Shown: positions 14,132-23,892 of the stretch, piece by piece
Position numbering within the stretch: the stretch's first letter is position 1
Layout: each line of letters begins with the position of its first letter
NCBI GenBank assembly: GCA_963735595.1
Contig: CAVTLK010000002.1
Span: 320,001 to 384,000 of the forward strand
Direction of reading: 5' to 3'
Source: an uncultured delta proteobacterium
Lineage (GTDB): Bacteria > Desulfobacterota > Zymogenia > Zymogenales > Zymogenaceae
Length of the DNA: 64,000 nt
The notes under the pieces: generated by a model
Told to the model about the DNA's origin: nothing
The model's input: the letters and a program-made list of their open reading frames with translations, nothing else
Databases searched by the model: none
Translations under genes and position numbers: made by a program

Positions 14132-15571
14132 ATGAAAGAACTGACCAAAGGGAAACTCGGACTGTCGACCAAGATCGGCTTCGGTGTCGGCGACATCTAC
14201 GGCGGCGGTTCCATGATGATCATCGGGTTTTATTATCTCTATTTCCTTACCGACGTGGTGCTCCTGACGCCGGCGCTGGCGGGAGCCGTTATTCTGGTCA
14301 GCAAGGCGTGGGATGCGATAACCGACCCGATCATGGGCGTTATCTCCGACAGGACCAGGACCCGTTTCGGGAGGCGGCGCCCCTATTTTCTGGCCGGAAT
14401 CGTCCTTATTTTCCTGTCCTTTTTTGCCATGTGGTACCCCATTGACTTTTCACGGGAGATGCACCGGTTCATCTATGTCCTGGTGGCGTACGTCTTTTTC
14501 TCGAGCGTCATCACGATGGTGATGATTCCCTACAACGCGATGGTCCCGGAGCTTACCCCGGATTACAACGAGCGGACGTCCTTGACAAGCTTTCGGATCT
14601 TCTTTTCCGGGCTTTCCTCGCTGGTTTGCGCCGTGGTGCCCTGGGAGATCGTCAAGGCCTTTAAGCCGAACGTCGACACCGGATTCATCGTCATGGCTAC
14701 GGCCTTCGGCCTCTTTTTCGCCCTCCCGTTTATCGCTACGTTCCTGACGACGCGTGAGCGTCCCGAGTTTCAACAGGACGCGGTGCCGTTCAGTCTCAAG
14801 CGCACGTTTATCGAACCGTTCAAGACCCCGACGTTTATCAACGTATTGTTGATGTATTTGTTTGCCTTCGTGGCGATGGATATGGTCATGTCGGTTATTA
14901 TATACTTTATGACCTACTACGTGGGCAGGCAGGACGAAACCAACTACGTGCTCGGGGTATTACTGGTGGTGCAGCTGGCGGTCATACCCCTCTATTACCT
15001 CTTGAGCAAGCGCACCAGTAAGAAGGTCGCATACATCAGTGCGGTCGTCGTCTGGATCTGTTCCATGTCGCTCAGCTTCGCGGCCGGGCCCGATTCCCCA
15101 TCGTGGCTGATATACCTGTTCGGCGCCCTGGTGGGGGCCGGCACCGGCGGGGTCGTGATCATGATCTACTCGATCTTCCCCGATGTCCCGGACGTGGACG
15201 AGCTCTATTCGGGCGCCCGGCGCGAGGGGCTCTACTCCGGGATGTTCACCTTCATGCGCAAGCTCAGCTCTGCCGCGGGCCTCTTTATTGTCTCGGCGGT
15301 CATCGGGTGGGCCGGCTATCAGGCGCCCGTTGACGGTATCCAGCAGACCCAGACAGACCAGTTCATTCTCGTGCTCAGGGTCATCTTTGTGGCAGTGCCG
15401 GTGGTGCTCCTTGCCCTCTGCCTGGCAAGTGCGCTCTTTTTCTCGCTGTCGCCCTCGCTGCACAGGCGCATAAAGGAGCACCTCGAGCAGAGGAGGACCG
15501 TCGCCACGGCGACGGCAGCCATGCGGGAAGAAGAAAGGCAGCTTAAACAAATTCTCGAGAAACGGAAATGA
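14132..15571 (+). CDS. MFS transporter, glycoside-pentoside-hexuronide (MelB/GPH) cation symporter
   Basis: DAITDPIMGVISDRTRTRFGRRRPY, ELTPDYNERTSL, RREGLY; about 12 hydrophobic segments. Confidence 0.92.
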   Translation: MKELTKGKLGLSTKIGFGVGDIYGGGSMMIIGFYYLYFLTDVVLLTPALAGAVILVSKAWDAITDPIMGVISDRTRTRFGRRRPYFLAGIVLIFLSFFAMWYPIDFSREMHRFIYVLVAYVFFSSVITMVMIPYNAMVPELTPDYNERTSLTSFRIFFSGLSSLVCAVVPWEIVKAFKPNVDTGFIVMATAFGLFFALPFIATFLTTRERPEFQQDAVPFSLKRTFIEPFKTPTFINVLLMYLFAFVAMDMVMSVIIYFMTYYVGRQDETNYVLGVLLVVQLAVIPLYYLLSKRTSKKVAYISAVVVWICSMSLSFAAGPDSPSWLIYLFGALVGAGTGGVVIMIYSIFPDVPDVDELYSGARREGLYSGMFTFMRKLSSAAGLFIVSAVIGWAGYQAPVDGIQQTQTDQFILVLRVIFVAVPVVLLALCLASALFFSLSPSLHRRIKEHLEQRRTVATATAAMREEERQLKQILEKRK

Positions 15572-17640
15572 TGACACGATCAAAGAAACACGCCGATCAG
15601 ACCGAAGCGGTATTCCAGCACGACTTTGCCGATACGGCCGGGATGGCCGATTTCACCTTCAGGAACGCCGGCTCGCCCCCCAGGGGCTATCCGGAGCCCG
15701 CGCCCGATACATACTCCCAGGAACCGTTTGCCGATTCGTATCGGCAGCGCAGGGATGCCCTGATCGACCACTGCCTGAAAAACCCGGCCGGTCCGAACAT
15801 CAAGGGTTACTATTACGAGCTGGTGCGTATCGCGTGCGACAAGGGGCCCGTTCACGAGTCGTTGATAGAGGCCGCGCTGGACTATATCGACGAGCGCCGG
15901 GACTGTTCCGATTTTGTCATGCTGGGGATCGTCCGCCTCCTCTATCAGCTCAAGGGCAAGCGGCTCGTTAGTCAACGGCTCCTGGATCATGCCGAGCGGA
16001 CGGTGCTTTCCTTCAAATACACGCCGGACGAGCCCGGTATCGACTCGATGTGCTACTGGACCGAGAACCACTACATCATGTTCGCCGCCAACCAGTACCT
16101 GGCCGGTCAGCTCTTTCCCGACCGGGTCTTCACCAACTCGAAAGAGACCGGCCGCCGGCGGAGCGCTCGCGCCGAGCCGCGCATACTGGAATGGCTGGAC
16201 CTGCGGTACCGGACCGGGTTTTCGGAGTGGCTCTCCCATATCTACTACGACGAGGACATCACGGCGCTGGCCAACCTCATTGATTTTGCCCGAGACCAGG
16301 TTATCGTCACGCGGGCCCAGATCGTGCTTGACCTCCTGTTTCTGGACATGGCCCTCAATTCGTATCGCGGCGCCTTCGGGTCTTCGCACGGGCGAAGCTA
16401 CGGGGAGGAAAAGCGCAACGCCACGATCGAGTCGACGACCGATACGGCAAAACTCATGTTCGGTACCGGGATATTCGCCGGCGCGGACAACATGGGGGCG
16501 GTGTCGCTGGCGCTGGGAAACAATTACCGGCTGCCACGCGTCATCTACGAGATCGCCAATGACCGTGAGAGCGCGCTCACGATAAACCGGCAGCGCATGG
16601 GAATCCGGCTCAGAGAGGCGGCGCGGTGGGGGCTCTCGTATGACGATATGGACTCCGGCGCCCATTTCCTGACCCTGGAGGCCTATCTCCACCCGAAGAC
16701 CGTCAACCTTGTCCTGCGGATGTTTGACGCCTACCGGTGGTGGGATAACCAGTTCTTCGCCCCTTTCAAATCCTACCGCGTGCTCATACGGGTCCTCAGG
16801 ACCCTCGGCCTGATGCCGGTGCTGGCCCGGGTGCTCGAAAAGGACCTCTGCCGCAACACCCGTGAGGAGGTAAACCTCTACACGTGCAGGACCCCCGACT
16901 ATATGCTTTGCAGCGCCCAGGACTACCGGGCAGGGTTCGGGGGGGACCAGCAGCATATCTGGCAGGCGACCCTTTCCCCGACGGCCGTTTGTTTCACGAC
17001 CCATCCGGGGCACTCAAAGAACACCAGCGCGGGTTACTGGGTCGGGTCGGGAACGCTGCCGCGCGTGGCGCAGATCGAAAACGTGGTCATTGCGTGCTAC
17101 AACGCCTCGCGGATGCCGGGCCTCTACATGACAAACGAGCTGTTCTGCACCCACGCATGGCTTCCGAGGGACGCCTTCGACGAGGTTTTGGAGCGGGATG
17201 GGTGGGTCTTCGCGAGGAAGGACGACGGCTACCTCGCCCTGCGCTCACGGAACGACTGCCGGTGGCAGACCGAGGGGCCCGAGGCGGGGCGCGAGCTCAT
17301 CGCCGAGGGAAATAAGAACATCTGGATTTGCGAGATGGGAAACAGGCAGAAGGACGGCGATTTCGGTGCGTTCACCCGGCGGATTGCCGAAGCGCCGCTT
17401 TCCTTCCGAGGGTTTTCAGTCATATATGACAGCCCATCGGTAGGCAGGGTTCGTTTTGGCTGGAGGGGCCCGCTGACGCAAAACGACGCGGAGGTTTTAC
17501 TGCGAGACTACCCGCGGTACGATAGCCCGTATATGCTCACACCGTTTCCCGCCGGGGAAGTTTCCGTCGCCAGGGGGCCGCATCGGCTTCGCCTCAACCT
17601 GAACGAGAACCTCCGGGAGGCGAGCACGCTCGTGGAATAG
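15568..17640 (+). CDS. Uncharacterised 690-aa protein, possibly a heparinase II/III-like carbohydrate-active fold
   Basis: Long intact ORF translationally coupled to the transporter; WTENH, GFSEWLS..YY, SHGRSY, QQHIWQA motifs; helical N-half and beta-rich C-half by composition. Fold assignment is inference. Confidence 0.6.
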   Translation: MMTRSKKHADQTEAVFQHDFADTAGMADFTFRNAGSPPRGYPEPAPDTYSQEPFADSYRQRRDALIDHCLKNPAGPNIKGYYYELVRIACDKGPVHESLIEAALDYIDERRDCSDFVMLGIVRLLYQLKGKRLVSQRLLDHAERTVLSFKYTPDEPGIDSMCYWTENHYIMFAANQYLAGQLFPDRVFTNSKETGRRRSARAEPRILEWLDLRYRTGFSEWLSHIYYDEDITALANLIDFARDQVIVTRAQIVLDLLFLDMALNSYRGAFGSSHGRSYGEEKRNATIESTTDTAKLMFGTGIFAGADNMGAVSLALGNNYRLPRVIYEIANDRESALTINRQRMGIRLREAARWGLSYDDMDSGAHFLTLEAYLHPKTVNLVLRMFDAYRWWDNQFFAPFKSYRVLIRVLRTLGLMPVLARVLEKDLCRNTREEVNLYTCRTPDYMLCSAQDYRAGFGGDQQHIWQATLSPTAVCFTTHPGHSKNTSAGYWVGSGTLPRVAQIENVVIACYNASRMPGLYMTNELFCTHAWLPRDAFDEVLERDGWVFARKDDGYLALRSRNDCRWQTEGPEAGRELIAEGNKNIWICEMGNRQKDGDFGAFTRRIAEAPLSFRGFSVIYDSPSVGRVRFGWRGPLTQNDAEVLLRDYPRYDSPYMLTPFPAGEVSVARGPHRLRLNLNENLREASTLVE

Positions 17641-17643
17641 ACT

Positions 17644-17686
17644 AAGCGGCCGGGGAAGCAATCATGCCCCCCGGCCGTTTGATTTT
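17644..17686. terminator. Intrinsic terminator between convergent operons
   Basis: CGGCCGGGG (17647-17655) pairs with CCCCGGCCG (17669-17677), followed by TTTGATTTT. Confidence 0.7.
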
Positions 17687-17715
17687 CGATCGAGCGGGTA
17701 TAGGAATAGTATTGC

Positions 17716-18255
17716 TTAGGCGGCTACCATTCTCATATCACGCTTGAGCGTTTCCATGCGGATACGCCCGCGCTCCCGCGTTTTTTTGATCCCGCCGTCT
17801 ATCTTTTTTAGTTCGCTGAGGAGCTGCGCATCGCGCTGGTCGTGGCCGACGATCCACCGATGGAGGAGATCGCTTTCGAGACTGAGATGCTGTCTGAGGA
17901 TGTGGATGTATTGTGTAGCGTAATGAGGAAAGACCGCCCGCGCACCCTGATAGCCGAGGTCATAGGCCTCGATGACCTTGAGGAGAAACCGCTCGTATTT
18001 CCACAGGCTTGCGTGGGTTTCTTCACATTCCTGTCTGAGAGTTTCCACCCCGGGGCTTCCGAGGAGCGATAGAAGGAATTCCTCCCGTTTCATGTGGGAG
18101 ACATCGATATACATCTGCAGGAGTTCGATGATCTCCTTGAGCATATAAGGTGGAACCTCCTTATTCTGTTCCATCCGCCGGGCGGAGTGATCGAGCATCT
18201 CGAGCAGGGATTCTATGACCCGTTCTTCTTTCTTGACATATTCAATCGATTTCAT
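17716..18255 (-). CDS. Hemerythrin-like domain protein (degenerate ligands)
   Basis: Pattern EE..I, Y.D.SHMKREE, ETH, Y...LRQH...E of the hemerythrin/HHE family. Start at ATG 18255 with a GGAGG RBS. Confidence 0.7.
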   Translation of the reverse strand: MKSIEYVKKEERVIESLLEMLDHSARRMEQNKEVPPYMLKEIIELLQMYIDVSHMKREEFLLSLLGSPGVETLRQECEETHASLWKYERFLLKVIEAYDLGYQGARAVFPHYATQYIHILRQHLSLESDLLHRWIVGHDQRDAQLLSELKKIDGGIKKTRERGRIRMETLKRDMRMVAA

Positions 18256-18456
18256 ACTACCCACCTCCAAGACGTCATGTATCTGTGGGATTTTTGTTCG
18301 AAGCACCATCAAGGAGAGCCATTTACTATAAATTAGTCATGATACATCAGGTTTCAAGGCGTTATAGATCGCCTCGGAAAATAACAGAACTTCTTTTCAT
18401 GTGACGTAACAGAAAGGGGATATCCTCCTCTCATTGATCCTTCGCTTGTCCTTCCT

Positions 18457-19221
18457 TCATACCTTTTCCAGGATCTCTTTGGCCAGGTTCAGATAGGCCC
18501 GCGCCCCAACCGAGCTGACATCAAACAGGACCGCCGGATTGCCCCTCTTGGGGACTTCCGCCAGACGGGAGTTACGGGGAACGATCGTCTCAAATACCTT
18601 GGTCTTGAGGTCGCGTCTGAGGTCATAGGCCACCTCCTTTGATGTTGTAGTCCTTCCGTCCACCATAGTCAGGAGAAATCCGAGGAGCTTAAGATCCGGG
18701 TTATATCTTCCCCCCACGACGCGGGCCATCCTCATCAGACGTCCGATAGTCTTGAGTGCGAAGTATTCGCTCTGTACGGGAACCAGCAGGTAGTCGGCCG
18801 CGGCGATACCGGCCATCGTTACTGCGCCCAGCGAAGGGGGACAGTCTACGATGATGAACTCGTATTCCGCCTTGAGCACGTCGAGGATTCGCTTTATGAT
18901 GAGCAGGTCGTCGTTGATTGTGGAAAGGTAGAGCGTCTCCTCGTCATTTGTCCAGATGTTTGAGGGGATGAAACTAAGATACTCGATTTCGGTTCCGTGA
19001 ATGAGACGCTTCGGTTCGGCCTTATCGATAACGGCGTTGTACATCCCGCCGCGAAGCTGCTCCCGATCCCGTCCGAAGCTGATCCAGAGCCCGCACTGGG
19101 GATCAATGCCCACCACGAGGGTATTGCGCTCATACACGCCCAGGGAAGCGCCAAGATTAACCGCCGTGGTGGTTTTCCCAACCCCACCTTTTTGACTGGC
19201 TATCGTTATGACAATGCCCAT
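18457..19221 (-). CDS. ParA-family ATPase (likely ParC-like chemosensory array positioning protein)
   Basis: KGGVGKTTT deviant Walker A, IDPQ, DCPPSLG, VPVQSEYFAL; directly downstream of cheB. Confidence 0.9.
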   Translation of the reverse strand: MGIVITIASQKGGVGKTTTAVNLGASLGVYERNTLVVGIDPQCGLWISFGRDREQLRGGMYNAVIDKAEPKRLIHGTEIEYLSFIPSNIWTNDEETLYLSTINDDLLIIKRILDVLKAEYEFIIVDCPPSLGAVTMAGIAAADYLLVPVQSEYFALKTIGRLMRMARVVGGRYNPDLKLLGFLLTMVDGRTTTSKEVAYDLRRDLKTKVFETIVPRNSRLAEVPKRGNPAVLFDVSSVGARAYLNLAKEILEKV

Positions 19222-19245
19222 ACGACCGCACCTCTCATAAACGGC

Positions 19246-20364
19246 TCAATGTCCGTTGGTGACCATAAGGTCGATCATCGCCGGGATCTGCTGGAGGGAA
19301 AGGACCGTATCGACAACGCCGTCTGCGATGGCCGATTTCGGCATTCCGAAGACGAGAGACGTCTTCTCGTCCTGGGCAATGGTCCTGCCTCCCATGATCT
19401 TGATCGCCTTGAAACCCCGCGAACCGTCCTTGCCCATCCCCGTGAGGATAACCCCGATCGTCTTTTGGCCGAAAATCGCCGCGGCCGAATAGAATAGGGT
19501 GTCGATCGAGGGAGTCGGTTTCGCTTGATCAGTACCCGCCTGCTGAAGCCCTATTTGCGGCGCCAGAAAAGACTTCTTGATCGTTATATCGTAATCGCCG
19601 GGGGCTACCAGAACCTTCCCGCCCTCCACGATTTCGCCATCCTGGGCCTCCACGACCGGCAGATGGCAAACCCGGTTAAGCCTTTCCGCGAAGAAGCGCG
19701 TAAAGAAACGGGGCATATGCTGAACGACGACGATGCCGACCGGGAAATTATCCCTGATTTTGCTCAGGATAAACTCGACGGCCTTTGGCCCTCCCGTCGA
19801 GGCGCCGATGACGACTACCTTGTTGTCGGACAGCTGCATCAGCTCCTGTCTGGTGTACCCTGACAGCGGCCTCTTGGGTGCTTCATCATGCAGCCGCGCG
19901 TCCATAGCCGCATCTTCTGCCCCCTTGATAGACAGGTAATACTCCATGTTGATAGCCGCGGCCGCCCTTATCTTAGCGATGAGCTCCTCCTTCAGGAACT
20001 GAAAGTTGAGCAGCATCGATCCTTTCTGAGGCTTCGTGATAAAATCGACGGCGCCGAGGTTAATAGCCCGAATCGTGATATTGGCCCCTTCCTTTGTGAG
20101 TCCGGAAAGCATGATGACGGGCGCCTGGTATTGTTCGACGAGCTCCCGTAATGCCGACAAACCGTCCATAGTGGGCATGATCACGTCCATGGTCACGACA
20201 TCGGGCTTGAATTCAATGTACTTCTTGATCGCCTCTTTACCGTCGGCCGCCAGCGCCGCGATCTCGATATCGGGTGTTTCTTCGACGACCTGGGTAATAG
20301 CCCGCCTGATAATCGCGGAATCGTCTACGACCAGGACCCTTATCTTCTTGCTATCCATTTTCAA
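19246..20364 (-). CDS. cheB: Chemotaxis response regulator protein-glutamate methylesterase (intact catalytic triad)
   Basis: REC domain (VVDDS..VTMD..KP) plus GASTGG, VQHMP, LTGMGKDG. Confidence 0.95.
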   Translation of the reverse strand: MKMDSKKIRVLVVDDSAIIRRAITQVVEETPDIEIAALAADGKEAIKKYIEFKPDVVTMDVIMPTMDGLSALRELVEQYQAPVIMLSGLTKEGANITIRAINLGAVDFITKPQKGSMLLNFQFLKEELIAKIRAAAAINMEYYLSIKGAEDAAMDARLHDEAPKRPLSGYTRQELMQLSDNKVVVIGASTGGPKAVEFILSKIRDNFPVGIVVVQHMPRFFTRFFAERLNRVCHLPVVEAQDGEIVEGGKVLVAPGDYDITIKKSFLAPQIGLQQAGTDQAKPTPSIDTLFYSAAAIFGQKTIGVILTGMGKDGSRGFKAIKIMGGRTIAQDEKTSLVFGMPKSAIADGVVDTVLSLQQIPAMIDLMVTNGH

Positions 20365-20384
20365 CTCGATCCAGCGTTACCCGT

Positions 20385-23300
20385 CTATAGTTCTTCTTCC
20401 GGTTGATCCGGCGCCGGTGTTCGTTTGGGTTTGTAGCGTTCAAGCGTCTGATGCTTACGTATTGCCTTTTCCCGTTCTATGGCCAGATTTACCAATTCCA
20501 CTACGTCAAGTATCAGCGAGATAGAACCATCCCCCATGATTGAGGCGCCGGAAACTCCCTTGGTGTTGGCAAAATTCTTTTCAAGTGACTTGATGACGAT
20601 ATTGTCTTCCCCGACCAGCCGGTCGACCATCAGTCCAACCTCTCTGCCCTCGGCGGAAAGAATAACGATAAATAGATGCGTCGGCGGACTCGCGTCACCG
20701 GTTTGCCAGCCCATATTGGCCTTGAAGATTTCGCTGAGCTTGATAAGGGGCAGCACCTTGTCCCGTATCCTCAGGACCTGGTGGCTCTCGATCGTCTCTA
20801 TCTCTTCGATACCGATGCGGACAGTCTCAATGATAGACACCAGAGGGATCGCGTACACACGATCGGATATCCCCACAATCAGGGCCTGAATAATCGCCAG
20901 CGTCAGCGGCAGCTTGATCATAAAAGAGGTTCCGTTGTCCTTCACCGTCATGACTTCGACGGTTCCTTTCAGCTTTTCAATGTTTCTTTTAACAATGTCA
21001 AGCCCAACTCCCCTGCCGGAGACCTTACTGACCTTCCTGGCCATTGAGACCCCCGGCTTGAAGAGGTAGTCAAGGGCCTCACGGTCGGACACGCGGGAAA
21101 GCTCCTGGGCGGCAACCTCACCGTCGGCTACCATTCGCTTCTTCACGTCTTCCAGGTCGATTCCCTTTCCGTCGTCCTTTATATCTATGATGACCTGGTT
21201 ACCTTGATGGTACGCCGAGATTGAAAGCGTGCCTTCCTCCGGTTTTCCTTTCTTCTTTCGTTCTTCCCGGGACTCAATGCCGTGGTCTATCGAGTTGCGG
21301 ATGATGTGGATGAGGGGATCTCCGATTTCCTCGATGACCGACTTATCCAGTTCGGTCTCTTTGCCGGTAATCACGAGTTTGATATCCTTGTCCATGGCGT
21401 CGGCGAGATCGCGCACGAGCCGGGGAAAACGGGAGAAAAGCTGATTGATTCCGACCATCCTGACCCGCATGACTCCCTCCTGCAGGTCGTTGCTGATCCG
21501 TCCCAACTCCATTGCCGATGACTCGAGATCGAGGGCGAGCTGCCGAAGCAGGGAAAGCTCCCGCTTATTGAGTTTATCAAGATCATACATCTCCCGATAT
21601 ACGTCTCTGAAAACCCCGGTCAGCTGGGAGAATGTCGCCCTGTTTACGGCGAGCTCTCCTACAAGATTCATGATCGTATCAACACGCTCTGTTTCGACAC
21701 GCAGTGTCTGTCGCGAGTATGGAGCATCTGCGGGAAGCTCTCCGTCGTCTCCGGTCGGCTCACCGCCATCGGCGCCTCCCGGCCCGGCGCCCGCGTGGGT
21801 TTGCTCAGCGGAATCGATGGATACCGATTCCGACATACCGCTCAGGTCCATACGATCGCCGCCGATGTGTTCGGGGGACGGCTCGTCGGCGGCATCAACC
21901 GCGTCTTGCAGACCCTCGGCATCGGGGCGGGTTTTACCGGATACCGGGAGGGATTGGGAGCCCGTCAGCGAACCGATTTCTTCCTTCAATTTCGCATAAG
22001 ACTCCTCAAGGGCGGGGAGAATCGTTAACCCATCGTCAGTAACCGCCGATCCGTTGTTCAGGATCGTAAGCTGCTTATCGACGATATCAATCATCGAATA
22101 GTATCCCATGAATTTTGCCGAGGATTTGAGGCTCTCGAGGGCCTTCTTGCATACCTCGATACTTTCGGGAACGTCGGCCTTCTGTTTGATATGGGAGATA
22201 CAGGTATTGATCGTATCCAGGTGCTGGCCGGCTGCAGAAACGAAGATATCAAGGAGCTCCTCGTCCTCCGTGGTCTCCTGTTCCGAAGGCTCAGTAACGT
22301 CCACTGTCTCGGCCTTAACTACGGATTTCCTGAGCCCGCTCTTGAGATCGATGAGCCCGTTTATCAAAAGGTCCAAATCGGCCTGCTTAAGGCCCTCCTT
22401 GTCTGCCATGTATGTATCGATGAGCGTACGAATCGAGTCAAGGCGCTCTACGATGGTGTCGTATTCCATGTAGTGGGCCGATCTCCTGAGCTTCTGGAGG
22501 ACATCGAGCACCTCGGAGAGCGACTCCCGGTCGGCCGTCCTCTCCCGGATCTTCTGTTGATGTTTATCTATTATCGAGAAGAGATCGACGGTCGCCGACA
22601 GGAAGATGTCGATCAGCTCTTCGTCGTGACCGGCTGTCAGATCTTCAACAACTTCTTTGTTTGCCTGAGGGCCGCGCGCTGCAGGCGAGCCGCTGCGCCG
22701 CGGCTGACTCGGTTGAATCGGCTGAGTTACGCGCGCGGTATGGTCGTCCTTGAAGAATGACACGATGTCCTTGGCGAGCTTGAGGCTGATGCCGTTGACC
22801 GACTCCAGCTCTTCAATACGCGCATTTCTGAGCGACCCTATGGAACGAAAGCCGGCCTTATAGAGGAGTTTCACCTTGGAGCCGCCCACCCCCGGTATGA
22901 TGGTAAACTCCTTTATGGCCTGGTCGAGGGAGAGATCGCCGCCCGTATCTTTTGAGCTTTGTTCAGCTATCCCTCCCTGCCCGGATTTGTGTTTCCTGAC
23001 AAAGTCCTTAATATGGTCTAATGCCTTGTAGAAACTCAGGAGCTCGGTGCTGTTTATGTTTTCGCCTTCCTCTAAGAGCGCCAGAGCAGAATTCCTCATC
23101 CCCGCCAGTACGTTCTTGAGCTCATCGTAGCCAAAATACTCTATCGAGGAGGAAAAGCTGCTCACCAGATCCAGGAAGCGGTTCAGCTCCTCGATGGTCA
23201 TGTTGCCTTCAAGAGTCCCGAGCCCCCGCTCAAGGTCCTTTATGTGATGGGCAACGATCTCCCCGATACCCTCGTCGAAGATATCCGTCTGGCCCGTGCC

Positions 23301-23801
23301 GCCGCCCGCGCGATCGTCCGGTATGTCCTGATTCTTCCGCTCGTCACGTGTGGGAGGCGTCATCTCCGGCTCAGGACTCCGGTCAACAGGGCCTGCGGGA
23401 CTTATAAGGTCTTTTTCGCCCATAGATTCGAACGCGCCCCTGATCTTCGTTATGATCCGGTCGGTATCGGTCAACTCTTCGCCGGTTGTCGAGAGGTCAT
23501 TGAGAAGAGAATCGATACCGTCCTTTCCGTAAAACAGGACGTCGATGATTTCCCGGTTTATCTCGATCTTGCCCTGGCGAACCCGCTCGAGACACCCCTC
23601 CAATACGTGGAGGAAATCACCGAGTTTTACCAGGCCGATATAGTTTGCCGAGCCTTTGATGGTGTGTATGGACCGGAAGATCTGATTGAGGACCTCCTTG
23701 TTTTGGGGTTCCTCGAGGATCCGGTTGAGCGATTCTTCCAATTCCGCCAGGTGCTCGTTGCTCTCTATAATGAATTCCTTGAGCAATTCTTCGTCATACA
23801 T
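20385..23801 (-). CDS. cheA: Chemotaxis histidine kinase with extended N-terminus (one Hpt, three Hpt-like repeats, HhH module)
   Basis: FRSIHTIKGSA Hpt, dimerisation domain, HIIRNSIDHGIE, DDGKG, SGRGVGLD, C-terminal CheW-like P5 domain. Confidence 0.95.
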   Translation of the reverse strand: MYDEELLKEFIIESNEHLAELEESLNRILEEPQNKEVLNQIFRSIHTIKGSANYIGLVKLGDFLHVLEGCLERVRQGKIEINREIIDVLFYGKDGIDSLLNDLSTTGEELTDTDRIITKIRGAFESMGEKDLISPAGPVDRSPEPEMTPPTRDERKNQDIPDDRAGGGTGQTDIFDEGIGEIVAHHIKDLERGLGTLEGNMTIEELNRFLDLVSSFSSSIEYFGYDELKNVLAGMRNSALALLEEGENINSTELLSFYKALDHIKDFVRKHKSGQGGIAEQSSKDTGGDLSLDQAIKEFTIIPGVGGSKVKLLYKAGFRSIGSLRNARIEELESVNGISLKLAKDIVSFFKDDHTARVTQPIQPSQPRRSGSPAARGPQANKEVVEDLTAGHDEELIDIFLSATVDLFSIIDKHQQKIRERTADRESLSEVLDVLQKLRRSAHYMEYDTIVERLDSIRTLIDTYMADKEGLKQADLDLLINGLIDLKSGLRKSVVKAETVDVTEPSEQETTEDEELLDIFVSAAGQHLDTINTCISHIKQKADVPESIEVCKKALESLKSSAKFMGYYSMIDIVDKQLTILNNGSAVTDDGLTILPALEESYAKLKEEIGSLTGSQSLPVSGKTRPDAEGLQDAVDAADEPSPEHIGGDRMDLSGMSESVSIDSAEQTHAGAGPGGADGGEPTGDDGELPADAPYSRQTLRVETERVDTIMNLVGELAVNRATFSQLTGVFRDVYREMYDLDKLNKRELSLLRQLALDLESSAMELGRISNDLQEGVMRVRMVGINQLFSRFPRLVRDLADAMDKDIKLVITGKETELDKSVIEEIGDPLIHIIRNSIDHGIESREERKKKGKPEEGTLSISAYHQGNQVIIDIKDDGKGIDLEDVKKRMVADGEVAAQELSRVSDREALDYLFKPGVSMARKVSKVSGRGVGLDIVKRNIEKLKGTVEVMTVKDNGTSFMIKLPLTLAIIQALIVGISDRVYAIPLVSIIETVRIGIEEIETIESHQVLRIRDKVLPLIKLSEIFKANMGWQTGDASPPTHLFIVILSAEGREVGLMVDRLVGEDNIVIKSLEKNFANTKGVSGASIMGDGSISLILDVVELVNLAIEREKAIRKHQTLERYKPKRTPAPDQPEEEL

Positions 23802-23892
23802 GACGCCACCTTTATAGTGCTGAGGTTATCAATACCCACGGGTTATCGTTTTTGACGGGGCATCCTACTATCCTTCCCCGTTTCTAATTCGG

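Noticed and set aside
15580..17013. Long antisense ORFs (e.g. 477 aa here, 336 aa at 27486, 329 aa at 57641)
   Set aside because: They are shadows of real genes on the opposite strand, expected at high GC, and have no recognisable motifs.
18457..19221. Chromosome or plasmid partition locus
   Set aside because: No parB or parS nearby; the position after cheB favours array positioning.
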